A DNA stretch of 64,000 nt from an uncultured Caulobacterales bacterium (lineage in GTDB: Bacteria > Pseudomonadota > Alphaproteobacteria > Caulobacterales > Parvularculaceae), in contig CAZGXT010000001.1 of the NCBI GenBank assembly GCA_964529675.1, positions 4,337 through 68,336 on the forward strand, in the 5' to 3' direction. The translations under genes were made by a program, and so were the position numbers. The notes below the pieces were generated by a model. That model ran no database searches. It worked only from the letters and a program-made list of their open reading frames with translations, and was not told where the DNA came from. This document shows, in pieces, positions 18,334 to 28,430 of this stretch (position 1 is its first letter; the number at the start of each line of letters is the position of its first letter).

Positions 18334-19709
18334 GAGGTTTTCGACAGGTCGCGCCAAGTGAGATCAAGAGCGCGCCGGACGCGGGCGAACAGTTCATCGA
18401 TCTCATCGTCAGCAATAATCAGCGGCGGACACAGAAACATGGTTTCGCCGACCGCCCGCATCACAACGCCGGAGGCGAAACAATGACCGCGGCATTTCAA
18501 TCCGGTGGCGCCGCTCGGCGACCAGCGTTCGCGTGTCGCCTTGTTCTTCACAAGTTCTACGGCGCCAAGAAGGCCGACCCCGCGGGTCTCCCCGACAAGG
18601 GGATGATCCTGAAGGGCGGCGAGGCCTGCTTGAAAGCGGGCCGATGCGGCTGCGCCGCGCACGCCCACGAGTTCATGGCGTTCGAGCAGTTCAATGTTCT
18701 TCAGCGCCACGGCGGCGACGACAGGATGGCCGGAATAGGTGAAGCCATGCGCCATTTCACTGTCAGACTCGATGATCGGCTGAGCGACCCGGTCGCTCAA
18801 CGCGACGGCCGAGATCGGCTGATACCCGCTCGACATGCCCTTCGCCATGGTGATGATGTCCGGCGTGAAACCATAAGTCTGGCAGCCGAACCACGACCCG
18901 GTGCGGCCGAAACCGCAGATCACTTCATCTGACCACAGAAGAACGTCGTGCTTGCGGCAGATGCGTTCGATCTCAGGCCAATAGCCGGCGGGCGGCGTCA
19001 TGAGGCCGCCGGCGCCCATCACCGGCTCGCCGATGAAGGCGGCGACGTTCTCAGGCCCGAGTTCTAAGATCTTCTCCTCAACGGCGCGGGCGCAGCGAAG
19101 CGCGAACGCCTCTTCGCTCTCACCGGGTTCGCCGTACTGATAATAGCACGGCGTCGGTGCGACATGATGAAAGCGGGGCAGGGGAAGATCGAAAATTCCC
19201 TGCATGAAGGGAAGTCCGGAAAGGCTCGCGCCGATCGCGGTGGAGCCGTGATAGGCGCGATTACGGGAAATGATCGCCTTTTTGTTCGGGCGTCCTCTGA
19301 GGTTCCAATAGTACCAAATCAACTTGGTCGCGCTGTCGTTGGCTTCGGATCCCGACGTGGCGAACAGAATCTGGTTAAGGTCGCCGGGCGTCTTGGATGC
19401 GATCAACGCTGCTAGTTCGGCCGCCGCCGGCGTCGTGGTCTGGAAGAAGTGATTGTAATAGGAAAGCGTTTCGATCGCATCGCGCGCGGTCTCGGCGAGC
19501 TCCTGATTTCCGTAGCCGACCTGCACGCACCAGAGCCCGGCCATGCCGTCGATGATTTCATTGCCGTCGGCGTCATAAATGAAAACGCCCTTCGCGCGCG
19601 TGATGACTCGCGGCCCCGCTTCGCGAAGTTCGTGGTGCGTTGTGAAAGGATGGAGGTGATGGGCGGAGTCGAGGGCCTGTACATGGCGGGTGAGATTGGT
19701 CGCCGGCAT
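18330..19709 (-). CDS. Class III aminotransferase, polyamine:pyruvate transaminase (SpuC)-like
   Basis: HLHPFT, DGMAGLWCV, SGSEAND, YHGST, DEVICGFGRTG, AKGMSSGY, HGFTYSGHP. Confidence 0.9.
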   Translation of the reverse strand: MPATNLTRHVQALDSAHHLHPFTTHHELREAGPRVITRAKGVFIYDADGNEIIDGMAGLWCVQVGYGNQELAETARDAIETLSYYNHFFQTTTPAAAELAALIASKTPGDLNQILFATSGSEANDSATKLIWYYWNLRGRPNKKAIISRNRAYHGSTAIGASLSGLPFMQGIFDLPLPRFHHVAPTPCYYQYGEPGESEEAFALRCARAVEEKILELGPENVAAFIGEPVMGAGGLMTPPAGYWPEIERICRKHDVLLWSDEVICGFGRTGSWFGCQTYGFTPDIITMAKGMSSGYQPISAVALSDRVAQPIIESDSEMAHGFTYSGHPVVAAVALKNIELLERHELVGVRGAAASARFQAGLAALQDHPLVGETRGVGLLGAVELVKNKATRERWSPSGATGLKCRGHCFASGVVMRAVGETMFLCPPLIIADDEIDELFARVRRALDLTWRDLSKTS

Positions 19710-19712
19710 GGT

Positions 19713-21062
19713 TCACACGTTGGTCATGAGGAAGCGAACGTCCCAGGGGCTGAGAACGCTGGAACGATGCTCATACTCGGCGCGCTTGATCGCCGCAAAG
19801 GTCTCGACAAAGCTGTCCCCGAGGGCCTCCCGAAGGCCCTTTGAGCGGGTGAAATTGTCGACGCTGTCCATCAGCGACTTCGGCAGCGGCCGTTCCCGAT
19901 CGAGATAACCCTCGCCGAGATACTCTTCCCTCGGCTCGATTTTCTCCAGCATGCCGAGATATCCGCACACCAGCGACGCGGCGACGCCGAGATAAGGGTT
20001 GATGTCGGCCCCGGGAATCCGGTTTTCGACGCGCCGGGCTTCCGCGCTGGAGGCCGGCACGCGCAGGCCGACGGTCCGGTTCTCCCGGCTCCAATGCGTA
20101 TTCGTCGGCGCGCTCATGTGGGCCTCGAACCGGTTGAAGGAGTTCGTGTAGGGCGCAAGCAACGGCATCGCCGCCGGAAGATAGGACTGCAGGCCGCCGA
20201 TATACCAACGGAAAAGGTCGCTGTCAGAGCCGTCTTCATTCGCGAAGATGTTTCGGCCGGTCTTCAGATCGACGACGCTCTGGTGGAGGTGGATAGAGCT
20301 GCCGCTGCAATTGGCGTAGGGCTTCGCCATAAAGGTGATGAAGAGGTCGTGACGCAGCGCGACCTGCCTCGCAAGGCGTTTGAACAGGAACATCTGGTCC
20401 GCGACATGAATGGCGTCGGAGTGCCTGATGTTCACTTCGAACTGGCACGGCCCGTCTTCATGGATCAGCGTATCGAGGTCGATCCGCATTATCTCTGAAA
20501 ACTGGTAAAGCTCCTCGAACAGCTTGTCGAACTCGTCGATCGCATCGAGGCTGTAAACGTGCTGCCCGAACTCGCGCAATCCGGAGCGCCCCCCCGGCGC
20601 CCGCGGTTCGAGGATCACGTCGTTGAACTTCGAGATCATATAGAACTCGATTTCGGGTCCGACGATCGGCCGCCAGCCTTCTTTCGCGAATAGCTCGACG
20701 ACCCGGCGAAGGACGCCGCGAGGCGCGATGTCGGTCGCCCTTCCCTGATCCGTCATGCTGTCGCAAATAACCGACGCCGTCGGATCGTTGTTCCACGGCG
20801 CAAGATGGATGGTGGAAAGATCCGGCGCGAGCACAAGGTCGCGTTCAGTCGTTGCAACATGGGGATTGAATTGAATTTCGCCCTGAACGCTGATCGCATA
20901 GACCGTTTCCGGAATGCGAAGCGACTTGGTTTTCAGTCCGTTCAGAAACAGGGCGGGCGTCATCGCCTTGCCGCGCGCTGCTCCCGTCATGTCGGGCACG
21001 AGACACGCCACATCGGCGACGCGATGGCGCCGCAGCCATTCTTCCAGTTCTTTCAAGTCCAT
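19713..21062 (-). CDS. Second glutamine synthetase-like gamma-glutamyl-amine ligase (SpuB/PauA-like)
   Basis: PDMTGAARGK, GPEIEFY, TLIHEDGPCQFEVN, TFMAKP, ENRIPGADINPYL; start set at MDLKE. Confidence 0.88.
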   Translation of the reverse strand: MDLKELEEWLRRHRVADVACLVPDMTGAARGKAMTPALFLNGLKTKSLRIPETVYAISVQGEIQFNPHVATTERDLVLAPDLSTIHLAPWNNDPTASVICDSMTDQGRATDIAPRGVLRRVVELFAKEGWRPIVGPEIEFYMISKFNDVILEPRAPGGRSGLREFGQHVYSLDAIDEFDKLFEELYQFSEIMRIDLDTLIHEDGPCQFEVNIRHSDAIHVADQMFLFKRLARQVALRHDLFITFMAKPYANCSGSSIHLHQSVVDLKTGRNIFANEDGSDSDLFRWYIGGLQSYLPAAMPLLAPYTNSFNRFEAHMSAPTNTHWSRENRTVGLRVPASSAEARRVENRIPGADINPYLGVAASLVCGYLGMLEKIEPREEYLGEGYLDRERPLPKSLMDSVDNFTRSKGLREALGDSFVETFAAIKRAEYEHRSSVLSPWDVRFLMTNV

Positions 21063-21169
21063 TGCTTCCGTCCCGAGCGGCCGGCTTTGGAGCGACGGCG
21101 CCCAAAGCAAATCCGCCCGACTGGTTAGTCTTCGCCTGAATGGCGCGCCCGAATAGGCGCCCGGGACAA

Positions 21170-21192
21170 GACGCCGTGGAAATCACGGCGTC
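21170..21192. repeat. Inverted repeat upstream of the gamma-glutamylation operon
   Basis: GACGCCGTG-gaaat-CACGGCGTC, 9-bp perfect arms. Confidence 0.5.
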
Positions 21193-21340
21193 ACACAACT
21201 CTCGGAAAGACGAAAGAAACGCTAGCCCGGGCCTTGATTGGAGGCAAGCAGGATCGCAGTTAACGCAGCATGTCATTGAATTTCGCGGACTTTAGCGATC
21301 ATCAGCACACCGCGCGTGCAACCTGCGCCTGGTGAACGCT

Positions 21341-23311
21341 TCAAGGCCGAAGTTCATAGACCTTTTCGCCGTCGAACCAGGTTTCAAGAACCTTTGTATC
21401 GCTGATCTGGTTAGCGGCGCCGCTCTTCGCGAGATCGATAATGTTCTGGTCGAGGATAATGAAGTCTGCGCGTTTGCGCGCCTCAATCGAGCCGGTCAGC
21501 GCTTCCTGCTGAAGCGCGTGGGCCGCGTTGATCGTGTAGGCGTCGATCGCGTCCTCAATGGAAATCGCCTCGGATGCGTTGAACGCCGGGCGATCCGCGA
21601 TGCGCCGGGAGACGGCGCCTTCGATGTTCACGAAGGGGCGCGGGTCAATCGTATCCACTGGCGCGTCGGAGCCCGCGACGATTACGGCGCCCGCTTTCTT
21701 CAGCGATGCAGCGGGATAGGCATGCCGATAGTAATATCCGTTCGTATCGTAGAACCCGGACGGTCCGTCTGCGCGATCGATGAACGGAAAAACGGTCGTG
21801 TCATACTGGGGATCAATCACCGCCCAGGCGAACGTGAACGATGCGAATACGCCGAGCGGTGCGAAACGATTGAAGTCTTCTGGTCGTACAAGCTGCAGAT
21901 GCGTGATGATGTGCCGACGGGCTCCGCGGTCCCGGTCTGCGCGCTCAACGCCGTCGAGCGCCGTCTTTACGGCGCGATCGCCGATCGCGTGGATGTTGAA
22001 GGTGAACCCGGCCGCGTCGCCCGCCTTGATATAGTCGAGGATGACTTGCTCGTCGTGCTGAAGCGTCCCCGAGCTTCTCGCGCATTGGCCCGGGTGAAAA
22101 CGGTGCTTCTTAAGAAAGGCATTCGGGTCGGCGCCGATCTCCTTGCAGGCCTTTGAATCGGGATCCACATATCCGGCGACCTTGACCCAATCAGTCGCCT
22201 CGTCCCATTCGTAGATTGGTTGCAGGAAATCACGCGATAACGCCGCGTTCGGCAAGGTCGGCGGCACGGCGATCGGGTCGCCCTCCATGACGCCGTCGGC
22301 GAACAGCTTCAGAAACGTCGCCTTGATGAGTTTCGACTGGCGATATTTATCGCGGATCGCGCCCGCTTCTTTCATCATGGCGCCGAAATCAACCGCGCCG
22401 CCCTTTTTGAATTCTGCAGGGTCAAGAAAGATCGCCAGCGTTGCGCGGTTCTTGAGCGAGCCGGAGGCTTCAAGCGCATCGTAAATGTCGAGCGTCTCGG
22501 GATCGGCGGCGGCGTCGAGAAAAGAGGTGATGCCGCGCGGCAGCGTCACCGCCATCATGAGGTCCGGCGACGCGCGCCGGCGCTCGGTGTCGGCGACGGT
22601 CCAGTCTTCAACGCCGATGGCGCCGAGCGCATAGTCCTCAGTCAAGCGCCCGTTAGGTTCACCGGCGCCGTCGACCCCGATATACGGCGCAAGCGCGGCG
22701 AAATCCGTTTTAAGGGTCAACCGCATGAAGCCGACGACTGCTCCTTCGCCATTCTTCGCCCTTGCGAGCGCCGCGCTGTTGGCGGCGTAATGATGTCCGT
22801 CGCTGCCGAAGAGAAGGATCGGGTGCGCGTTTGACGCTTTGTCGAGCGCCTGCCGGATGGTCTTCAGCGTCTTATCTGGCTGATTTCCGGAGGCGTAGTT
22901 CCATTGCCGAACGCCGACCGGCGTCTCCGCCGGCGCGCCAAGCCGTTTTATGCAGGCCGCCGCTTCAGCAGCGAGCTCGGCAAGCGGGCGCGGCTGGTTC
23001 TCAAGGCTGCAGGTCTCGATCGGCATGGCCGAGATGGGATGCAAGTGAACATCATGGAGGCCCGGCAACACCAGCTTGCCCCCAAGGTCGATGACAACCG
23101 AATTGCCCCCCGCAAGGCGCCGGGCCGCTGCATCATCGCCTGCAAAGAGTATTTCGCCGCCGCCGATCGCCATCGCACTGACGATGCGGCGCTCAGCGTC
23201 CGCCGTATAGATCGTCCCGTTGACGAAGACTGCATCGGCTGTCGGCGTCTTCAGATGCGAACAGCCGGCCAGCAGACTTGCAAGTCCGGTGATAAGCAAT
23301 TTGATCCGCAT
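21341..23311 (-). CDS. Metal-dependent amidohydrolase (YtcJ/Amidohydro_3-like), lipoprotein
   Basis: Lipobox LAGC; PGLHDVHLH, KLFADG, HAIGDRA, GSDAPV, YTINAA, GSIEARKRADFIIL. Confidence 0.88.
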   Translation of the reverse strand: MRIKLLITGLASLLAGCSHLKTPTADAVFVNGTIYTADAERRIVSAMAIGGGEILFAGDDAAARRLAGGNSVVIDLGGKLVLPGLHDVHLHPISAMPIETCSLENQPRPLAELAAEAAACIKRLGAPAETPVGVRQWNYASGNQPDKTLKTIRQALDKASNAHPILLFGSDGHHYAANSAALARAKNGEGAVVGFMRLTLKTDFAALAPYIGVDGAGEPNGRLTEDYALGAIGVEDWTVADTERRRASPDLMMAVTLPRGITSFLDAAADPETLDIYDALEASGSLKNRATLAIFLDPAEFKKGGAVDFGAMMKEAGAIRDKYRQSKLIKATFLKLFADGVMEGDPIAVPPTLPNAALSRDFLQPIYEWDEATDWVKVAGYVDPDSKACKEIGADPNAFLKKHRFHPGQCARSSGTLQHDEQVILDYIKAGDAAGFTFNIHAIGDRAVKTALDGVERADRDRGARRHIITHLQLVRPEDFNRFAPLGVFASFTFAWAVIDPQYDTTVFPFIDRADGPSGFYDTNGYYYRHAYPAASLKKAGAVIVAGSDAPVDTIDPRPFVNIEGAVSRRIADRPAFNASEAISIEDAIDAYTINAAHALQQEALTGSIEARKRADFIILDQNIIDLAKSGAANQISDTKVLETWFDGEKVYELRP

Positions 23312-23398
23312 GCCGCCCTCTTGCCTTTACGCGCCCTGCGTCCACACTTCGCGTTGGTGAAATGCTAGCATCGGCGGTCAAGGAGCCGCCAGCCGCGT

Positions 23399-24982
23399 AT
23401 GGTGGAAAATCGATCATTGGCGCGCACCAGAACGGCGAAGGGTTTCGCTGCGCTCAGGGAGGGGCGGCTGAAGGAAGCCGAGGAGGCGGCGCGGGCGGCG
23501 CTTGGCGAAGACCCCACGCGACCGGAGGCGCATTTTCTTGTCGGCCTGTTGGCGATTGAGAGAAAGGACTGGCGAACCGGCATCGCCGCCTTCGGGTCCG
23601 TCACCAAGCTCAATCCGGCCGACCGCGCCGCGTGGGCCCAGCTGGCGCTGCTCTTCCAGCGTATCGGTCGCTTTGATCGCGCCGACGATGCGCTCGCGCG
23701 TGCGCTTGAAGAGGCGCCCTCGAATCCGGAGACAACGGACCTCATCGGCGCGGTTCTGACCCAGTTTGGGCGGCACCGTGAGGCGGCGACTTGGCATCGA
23801 AAGGCGGTCGAAGCCGATCCGCATCGCGCCGACTTCGCGATCAATTTCGCATCGGCATGCATCTTCCTTGGCCGCGACGGCGAGGCGGCGGCCGTGCTTG
23901 ACCGGTTCATCGAAGCCGAAGGCGTTCCGCAGGCTGAGTGGCTCTATTCAACGTTGAGGCGCGCTGGAGGCCGCGCGCGGGCCGACCGTCTTGCGGCGCG
24001 CGCCGGGGCTGCTCAAACGGCGTCAGGGAGGGCCTTCCTCGCCTATGCCGCAGGCAAGGAATACGAGGACTGCGAGCTGTGGGACGAGGCTTATTCTGCA
24101 TTTGAGCTCGGCGCACGCGCAAAGCGCTCGGTGATCGCCTTCGACGAGGGCGCCGAGATTTCGCTTTTTGACGCCATGGGGGCCCAATTCACCGCTGCTT
24201 GGTTCGAAGGGGCGAAACGCGGATTTGAGGACGCCGCGCCGATCTTTATCGTCGGGCAACCGCGAACCGGGACGACGCTGGTTGAGAGAATCATCGCCAG
24301 TCATTCATCAGTCGAATCCGCCGGGGAGTTGCAGCAGTTCGCCTTGGCGATTCGACGTGCGGGCGGCTTCAGCCGCGACGCGGACAGCGTCGGGGCGTGG
24401 TCGCGCGCCGACCCCCGGGCGATCGGCGAAGCCTATATCAGGTCGGTTGCGCCGATGCGCGGCGGCAATCCGCGATTCGTCGACAAGATGCCGCGCAATT
24501 TCCTTTACGTTCCGTTGATCGCCGCCGCGCTGCCGCGCGCCAAAATAATCCACTTGACTCGCGATCCATTGGACGCCTGCTTCGCAAGCTTCAAACAACT
24601 CTTCGCCGAGGCCTATCCGCATTCCTATGATCAAGAGGAAATGGCGCGCCACTATTGCCGCTACGCCCGGCTGATGGGTCATTGGCGGACGGTCGCACCC
24701 GGCGCCTTTCTGGACGTTTCCTACGAAAAGCTGGTCGCCGATGTTGAGAACGAAGCCCGGCGAATGATCGATTTCCTGGATATGCCGTGGGAAGATCAAT
24801 GCCTGCGCTTCCATGAACTCGAGACCCCCGTAGCGACGGCGAGCGCCGTACAGGTGCGGGAGGCGGCGCATGGCCGCTCGGTTGGAAGGGCCCTGAAATA
24901 CCGCGAGAAACTTGCGCCGATGCGCCGCGTTCTTGCGTCGGAAGGCTTGCTGTCTCCAGTTGTTGAAGGGCTCGAACGTTGA
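23399..24982 (+). CDS. TPR-containing sulfotransferase
   Basis: N-terminal Ala-rich TPR helices; PIFIVGQPRTGTTLVE (5'-PSB), DKMP, RDPLDACFAS (3'-PB), TASAVQVR. Confidence 0.9.
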   Translation: MVENRSLARTRTAKGFAALREGRLKEAEEAARAALGEDPTRPEAHFLVGLLAIERKDWRTGIAAFGSVTKLNPADRAAWAQLALLFQRIGRFDRADDALARALEEAPSNPETTDLIGAVLTQFGRHREAATWHRKAVEADPHRADFAINFASACIFLGRDGEAAAVLDRFIEAEGVPQAEWLYSTLRRAGGRARADRLAARAGAAQTASGRAFLAYAAGKEYEDCELWDEAYSAFELGARAKRSVIAFDEGAEISLFDAMGAQFTAAWFEGAKRGFEDAAPIFIVGQPRTGTTLVERIIASHSSVESAGELQQFALAIRRAGGFSRDADSVGAWSRADPRAIGEAYIRSVAPMRGGNPRFVDKMPRNFLYVPLIAAALPRAKIIHLTRDPLDACFASFKQLFAEAYPHSYDQEEMARHYCRYARLMGHWRTVAPGAFLDVSYEKLVADVENEARRMIDFLDMPWEDQCLRFHELETPVATASAVQVREAAHGRSVGRALKYREKLAPMRRVLASEGLLSPVVEGLER

Positions 24983-25034
24983 TACGCTCTCCGTGCGCTG
25001 ACGGGCGACGGCGCCGGTGTGGAGGGCGAAAATA

Positions 25035-27338
25035 GTGTCGAAATCTATCCATAAACGCGGGCGCCGTTTGCGGCCCCTGGCTGGGGCGTCGGTACTCGCG
25101 CTCGTCGCCGCGAGCGGCGCCGCTGCGCAGGATGATGAAATCATCGTAACGGCGACCAAGCGCGCGGAGTCGATACAGGACGTGCCGCTCGCCATCACCG
25201 CCTACAGCGCGGAATTTGTGCGGGAGGTGAACCTCGAAGACGTAAAGGACCTCGTCACCTATACGCCCGGCATCACGGGAAATTCTCTCGACAGCTTCAT
25301 CGACTTCATCAACGTTCGCGGCATCGTGACGAACGACTTCGGCGTCGGCGGCGATCCTTCGGTCGGCTTCTTCAAGAACGGTCTTTATCAGGGGCGCAAT
25401 GGCGCCGTCGTAACGACGCTCTACGACCTCGATCGCGCCGAAGCGCTGAGGGGGCCGCAGGGCTTCCTGTTCGGCCGCAACGCGATCGCGGGCGCCATCA
25501 GCGTGCACACCGCGCGGCCGAAACTCGGCGTCGTTGAAGGGTACGCTGAGCTAGACGTCGCCGAACGCGGCCGCGTGGTCGGGGAGGCGGCGTTGAACCT
25601 TCCGCTGACGGATAAGGTCGCCGTGCGCCTTGCGGGGTATGGCGGCAAGGAGAACGGTTACGTCGACAATGCGTTCGACCTTTCCGCCGATCGGCTTGTT
25701 GCTTTCAACAAAGGCGCCGGACGATTCTCAGCGCTCTATGAAGACGGCGGCTTCAATGGGTTTTTGACCCTTGAATATGAGAAGAGGAATCAGTCGCCGG
25801 CGGTTTATCGGGCGACCGAACTCGGCGATTCCTATGACGCGCTGGTTTCAGTGTTCGGCCTGACGCTCGGCGGCGATGGCCGCGACATCGACAGCGACCT
25901 CGGCTTCGGCGAGGCGGACGATTCCAATATTTTCAGCGCGGGCCTCGAACTTAATCTCGACATCGGCGCGGCGACCGTTACTTCGCTGACCGGGTTCAAG
26001 GACCACGATTATTTCTACGCGGAGGACTTTGACGGAACGCCGCTGCGAATCAACGACTACCGTCAGGATCAGAGCGGCCAGTATTTCGAGCAGGAACTGC
26101 GGGTCGTCTCTGACAGCGACGGGCCGTTCTCGTGGTACGCGGGCGCGTCCTATTACAACGAGGAAATCGACGTCCTGTTCAGCCAGGGCCAGGACGAAGA
26201 GGTGTTCTGCCAGTACTATTACGGCTTCTCCTGCTCCGATTATTTCATGATGAACGGATATTCGTTCACGCCCACGCCGGAGGGGCTTGTCGAATCAAAC
26301 GCCGTTCGCGGCCGCTATCATGGATGGGCGGGATATGTGGACGCGACTTACGCCTTCAGCGAGCAGTTCGACTTCAGCGCCGGCATCCGGTACTCGCGCG
26401 ACACGAAAGACTTCGGCATCCAGGGTCTAACGCCGTCCAGCGACCTCGGGCCGGCGTTTGCGCTGGGCTTCACATCAACCGACTTCCTCACCGCAAAGCA
26501 AAGCTGGGACGCATTTACCCCGCGCTTTGTCGGCCGCTGGCGCCCGAATGACGACTGGCTGGTGTTTGCAAGCGTGACGCGCGGCTTCAAAGCGGGCGGC
26601 TTCGGCAGCTTCACCATCGTTCCGGATTCGCTCCCCTTCACGCCCGGCGGAATCGACCTTGCGCCGGGCGACGCATCGCCCGATCCGTTCGATCCTGAGA
26701 AGGCGTGGTCCTATGAAGTTGGGACCAAGGGAACAATGTTCGGCGGAGCGACGAAGATCGACGCCAACATCTACTATTATACGTACAAGGATCTTCAGTC
26801 GAACGTGCCCGGCGTCGGCGGCGGCATCGTCGTCGACAATGTCGGGCAGGTGAAGGGCTGGGGCCTCGAAGGACAGATCCAACAGGCGCTGGGGCCGAAT
26901 TTCGACCTTCTCGTCAACGGCGCTTATCACAATTCCGATGTGACCGAGGCTGAGGCGCTGTGCGACGGGACGCTTGACTGCGAGGGACAGCCGCTCGCCG
27001 CCGCGCCGCGTTTTTCGGGCGCCGCCGTTCTTCGGTTCAGCGCGCCCGTCGGGCCGGGCGTGTTGCGCGCCAACGCCGAAGCCTTCGGCCAGACGGAGAC
27101 GTTCGGCGGTCTTCTTCGACTAGAAGAGGCGCGAAACGAAGGCTACATCGATCTCGCCTTCCGTGTCGGCTACGAGGCGGATGCCGGTTGGGCGGTTTAC
27201 GGCTATGTGGAAAATGTAACCAACGCGCTCTATTTCACCGGTACGGAAGAGGGCGGGTCGTTGATCCCGGCGCACTTTATCGGACCTTCCCGCCCCCGTA
27301 CGTTCGGCGTGCGATTGAGCTACGCTTTCGGCGGGTGA
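25035..27338 (+). CDS. TonB-dependent receptor
   Basis: Signal peptide, EIIVTATKR TonB box, EALRGPQGFLFGRNAIAGAI plug motif, C-terminal PRTFGVRLSYAF; GTG 25035 follows GGAGGG. Confidence 0.94.
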   Translation: MSKSIHKRGRRLRPLAGASVLALVAASGAAAQDDEIIVTATKRAESIQDVPLAITAYSAEFVREVNLEDVKDLVTYTPGITGNSLDSFIDFINVRGIVTNDFGVGGDPSVGFFKNGLYQGRNGAVVTTLYDLDRAEALRGPQGFLFGRNAIAGAISVHTARPKLGVVEGYAELDVAERGRVVGEAALNLPLTDKVAVRLAGYGGKENGYVDNAFDLSADRLVAFNKGAGRFSALYEDGGFNGFLTLEYEKRNQSPAVYRATELGDSYDALVSVFGLTLGGDGRDIDSDLGFGEADDSNIFSAGLELNLDIGAATVTSLTGFKDHDYFYAEDFDGTPLRINDYRQDQSGQYFEQELRVVSDSDGPFSWYAGASYYNEEIDVLFSQGQDEEVFCQYYYGFSCSDYFMMNGYSFTPTPEGLVESNAVRGRYHGWAGYVDATYAFSEQFDFSAGIRYSRDTKDFGIQGLTPSSDLGPAFALGFTSTDFLTAKQSWDAFTPRFVGRWRPNDDWLVFASVTRGFKAGGFGSFTIVPDSLPFTPGGIDLAPGDASPDPFDPEKAWSYEVGTKGTMFGGATKIDANIYYYTYKDLQSNVPGVGGGIVVDNVGQVKGWGLEGQIQQALGPNFDLLVNGAYHNSDVTEAEALCDGTLDCEGQPLAAAPRFSGAAVLRFSAPVGPGVLRANAEAFGQTETFGGLLRLEEARNEGYIDLAFRVGYEADAGWAVYGYVENVTNALYFTGTEEGGSLIPAHFIGPSRPRTFGVRLSYAFGG

Positions 27339-27347
27339 GAGGCGGTT

Positions 27348-28298
27348 TCAGTTGCGCCCTGATCGCCGGGTGCGCCTTCCTCCGGGTTGCGCGGGCGCCG
27401 GTTCGATCCGGCCCGTCTCGAAGAATGCGAGCATGGTGTGCGTCGCGTCGAAGTCTTGAGAGGCTTGCCCGACAAGCCGCTTTTCGAGACGGCCTTGCGC
27501 TGCGCCGGGCCATGTATGGCCGCCTCCCTTGACCGCGATAAAAGCGACCGGCGCCGCGCAGCCCTGATAAAGCCGATAACCCGCCGTAGCGCCGTCGCGC
27601 GGCGCCCGGTCAGGAATAGCGATTTCTGCGTCCGCCGAAGCACACCGATTGACGCTTGACCAAAAGGCGAGGCTGTCTGGAATTGAAAGGCGGCGCCCGC
27701 GATCCTGCCCGTCGCGCAGCGCGCGCGCCGTCGGCATGGAACCGTCAAAGGTGACGAATTCGTCCTGGTCCCCGTGGATGAACAGCGCCGGCGTCGGCCT
27801 TGCGGGCCTGCAGTCAAAAGGCGTCTGCATGGCGGCCGCCACGACGCCGATCCCGCTGAACAGATCCGCCCGCTCGCAGGCCAGCCTGATCGCCATCATG
27901 CCGCCATTGGAAATTCCGGCGACATAAATTCGGTCCCGATCAATCGTGCCTTCAGAGATGAGCCTTTCAGCGAGATTGGACAAAAAGCCGACATCGTCTT
28001 CATCATGGATGAGCGCGCCGCTGGAGTCCGTCCGTCCGTCGTTCCAGTTATTGCTCAGCCCTTCAGGAAAGACATAAATGTAACCTGCAGCGACGCCCTT
28101 TCCGGCCAGCGACCTGCTGATCTGATCCGCGCTTCCGATACCGCCGCCATGAAGAATGAAAAGCGCAGGCGCTGCCTTGCGGGCGTCGTCGGCGCGGCGG
28201 GTGAGGTATTGGCGCGTCTTGCCGTCATGAACAATCGTTGCGGCGGCCGCCTCGGCGGCGACGGCCATCAGGGCCAAGGCGACCGCGAGTGGTTTCAT
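27348..28298 (-). CDS. Secreted alpha/beta hydrolase (LpqC / PHB depolymerase-like esterase)
   Basis: Signal peptide from MKPLAVA; LHGGG, DDVGF, GISNGG, HGDQD, GGGHTWPG. Confidence 0.85.
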   Translation of the reverse strand: MKPLAVALALMAVAAEAAAATIVHDGKTRQYLTRRADDARKAAPALFILHGGGIGSADQISRSLAGKGVAAGYIYVFPEGLSNNWNDGRTDSSGALIHDEDDVGFLSNLAERLISEGTIDRDRIYVAGISNGGMMAIRLACERADLFSGIGVVAAAMQTPFDCRPARPTPALFIHGDQDEFVTFDGSMPTARALRDGQDRGRRLSIPDSLAFWSSVNRCASADAEIAIPDRAPRDGATAGYRLYQGCAAPVAFIAVKGGGHTWPGAAQGRLEKRLVGQASQDFDATHTMLAFFETGRIEPAPAQPGGRRTRRSGRN

Positions 28299-28430
28299 GC
28301 AAGGCCCTCCCAAAAAGCTCCGTCCTTCAACGCAGCTGCGGCTCAAATCCGTCGTTTGACTAGGTCAGTTGCGGGCTCCTAGGACGGAATGCTAGTTAAG
28401 TTCTTTATCGTTGATTCTGATAGGAATTCC

